DNA of 20,000 bases from Thelocarpon superellum (lineage: Eukaryota). The translations under genes and the position numbers were made by a program. Below the pieces are notes generated by a model that had not been told where the DNA came from, made no database searches, and saw only the letters and a program-made list of their open reading frames with translations. The stretch is taken from assembly GCA_026025795.1 (NCBI GenBank), contig JAPEUG010000038.1, positions 53,795 through 73,794 on the forward strand, given 5' to 3'. Positions 19,862 through 20,000 of the stretch are shown piece by piece. The first letter of the stretch is position 1, and the number at the start of each line of letters is the position of its first letter.

Positions 19862-19897
19862 CGCCTCCGCCTCCGCCTCCGCCTCCGCCTCCGCCTC
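19862..19897. repeat. (CGCCTC)6 hexamer microsatellite
   Basis: Six perfect copies read directly. Confidence 0.9.
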
Positions 19898-20000
19898 GTC
19901 CTCTTCGCTTCGCAGCCTTCACTGCCCTTCAGTGCTCTTCGAATTGACCGGTACTCGTGGTTGAGATCTACTAACTCGGTCCTTCTCCTTCAGGAACTCC

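Overview
Gene-dense, GC-rich region of a filamentous ascomycete (Pezizomycotina-like) chromosome, judged from short GT-AG introns with fungal branch points and fungal-type proteins. I reconstructed ten genes by hand-splicing. Six are recognisable: VTC1 (partial, -), a Tctex-1-type dynein light chain (+), a classical SDR oxidoreductase (-), ARD1/NAA10 (-), LST8 (+) and a 9-exon CEX1/SCYL1-type pseudokinase (-). Four are long, apparently intronless ORFs of unknown function. One (~608 aa) has a (GHGREC)5 His/Cys repeat. One (625 aa) has a strict 4-residue hydrophobic repeat, NLS-like and SIM-like motifs and an acidic tail, and is preceded by stacked overlapping uORFs. One (834 aa) is disordered/coiled-coil with NLS-like and SIM-like motifs. 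One (344 aa) has a signal peptide. I saw no rRNA, intact tRNA, transposon or CRISPR array. The best lead is the 625-aa gene (tetrad repeat plus ATGA-chained uORFs) and its convergent 834-aa neighbour. All homology calls come from recalled family motifs, not database searches.
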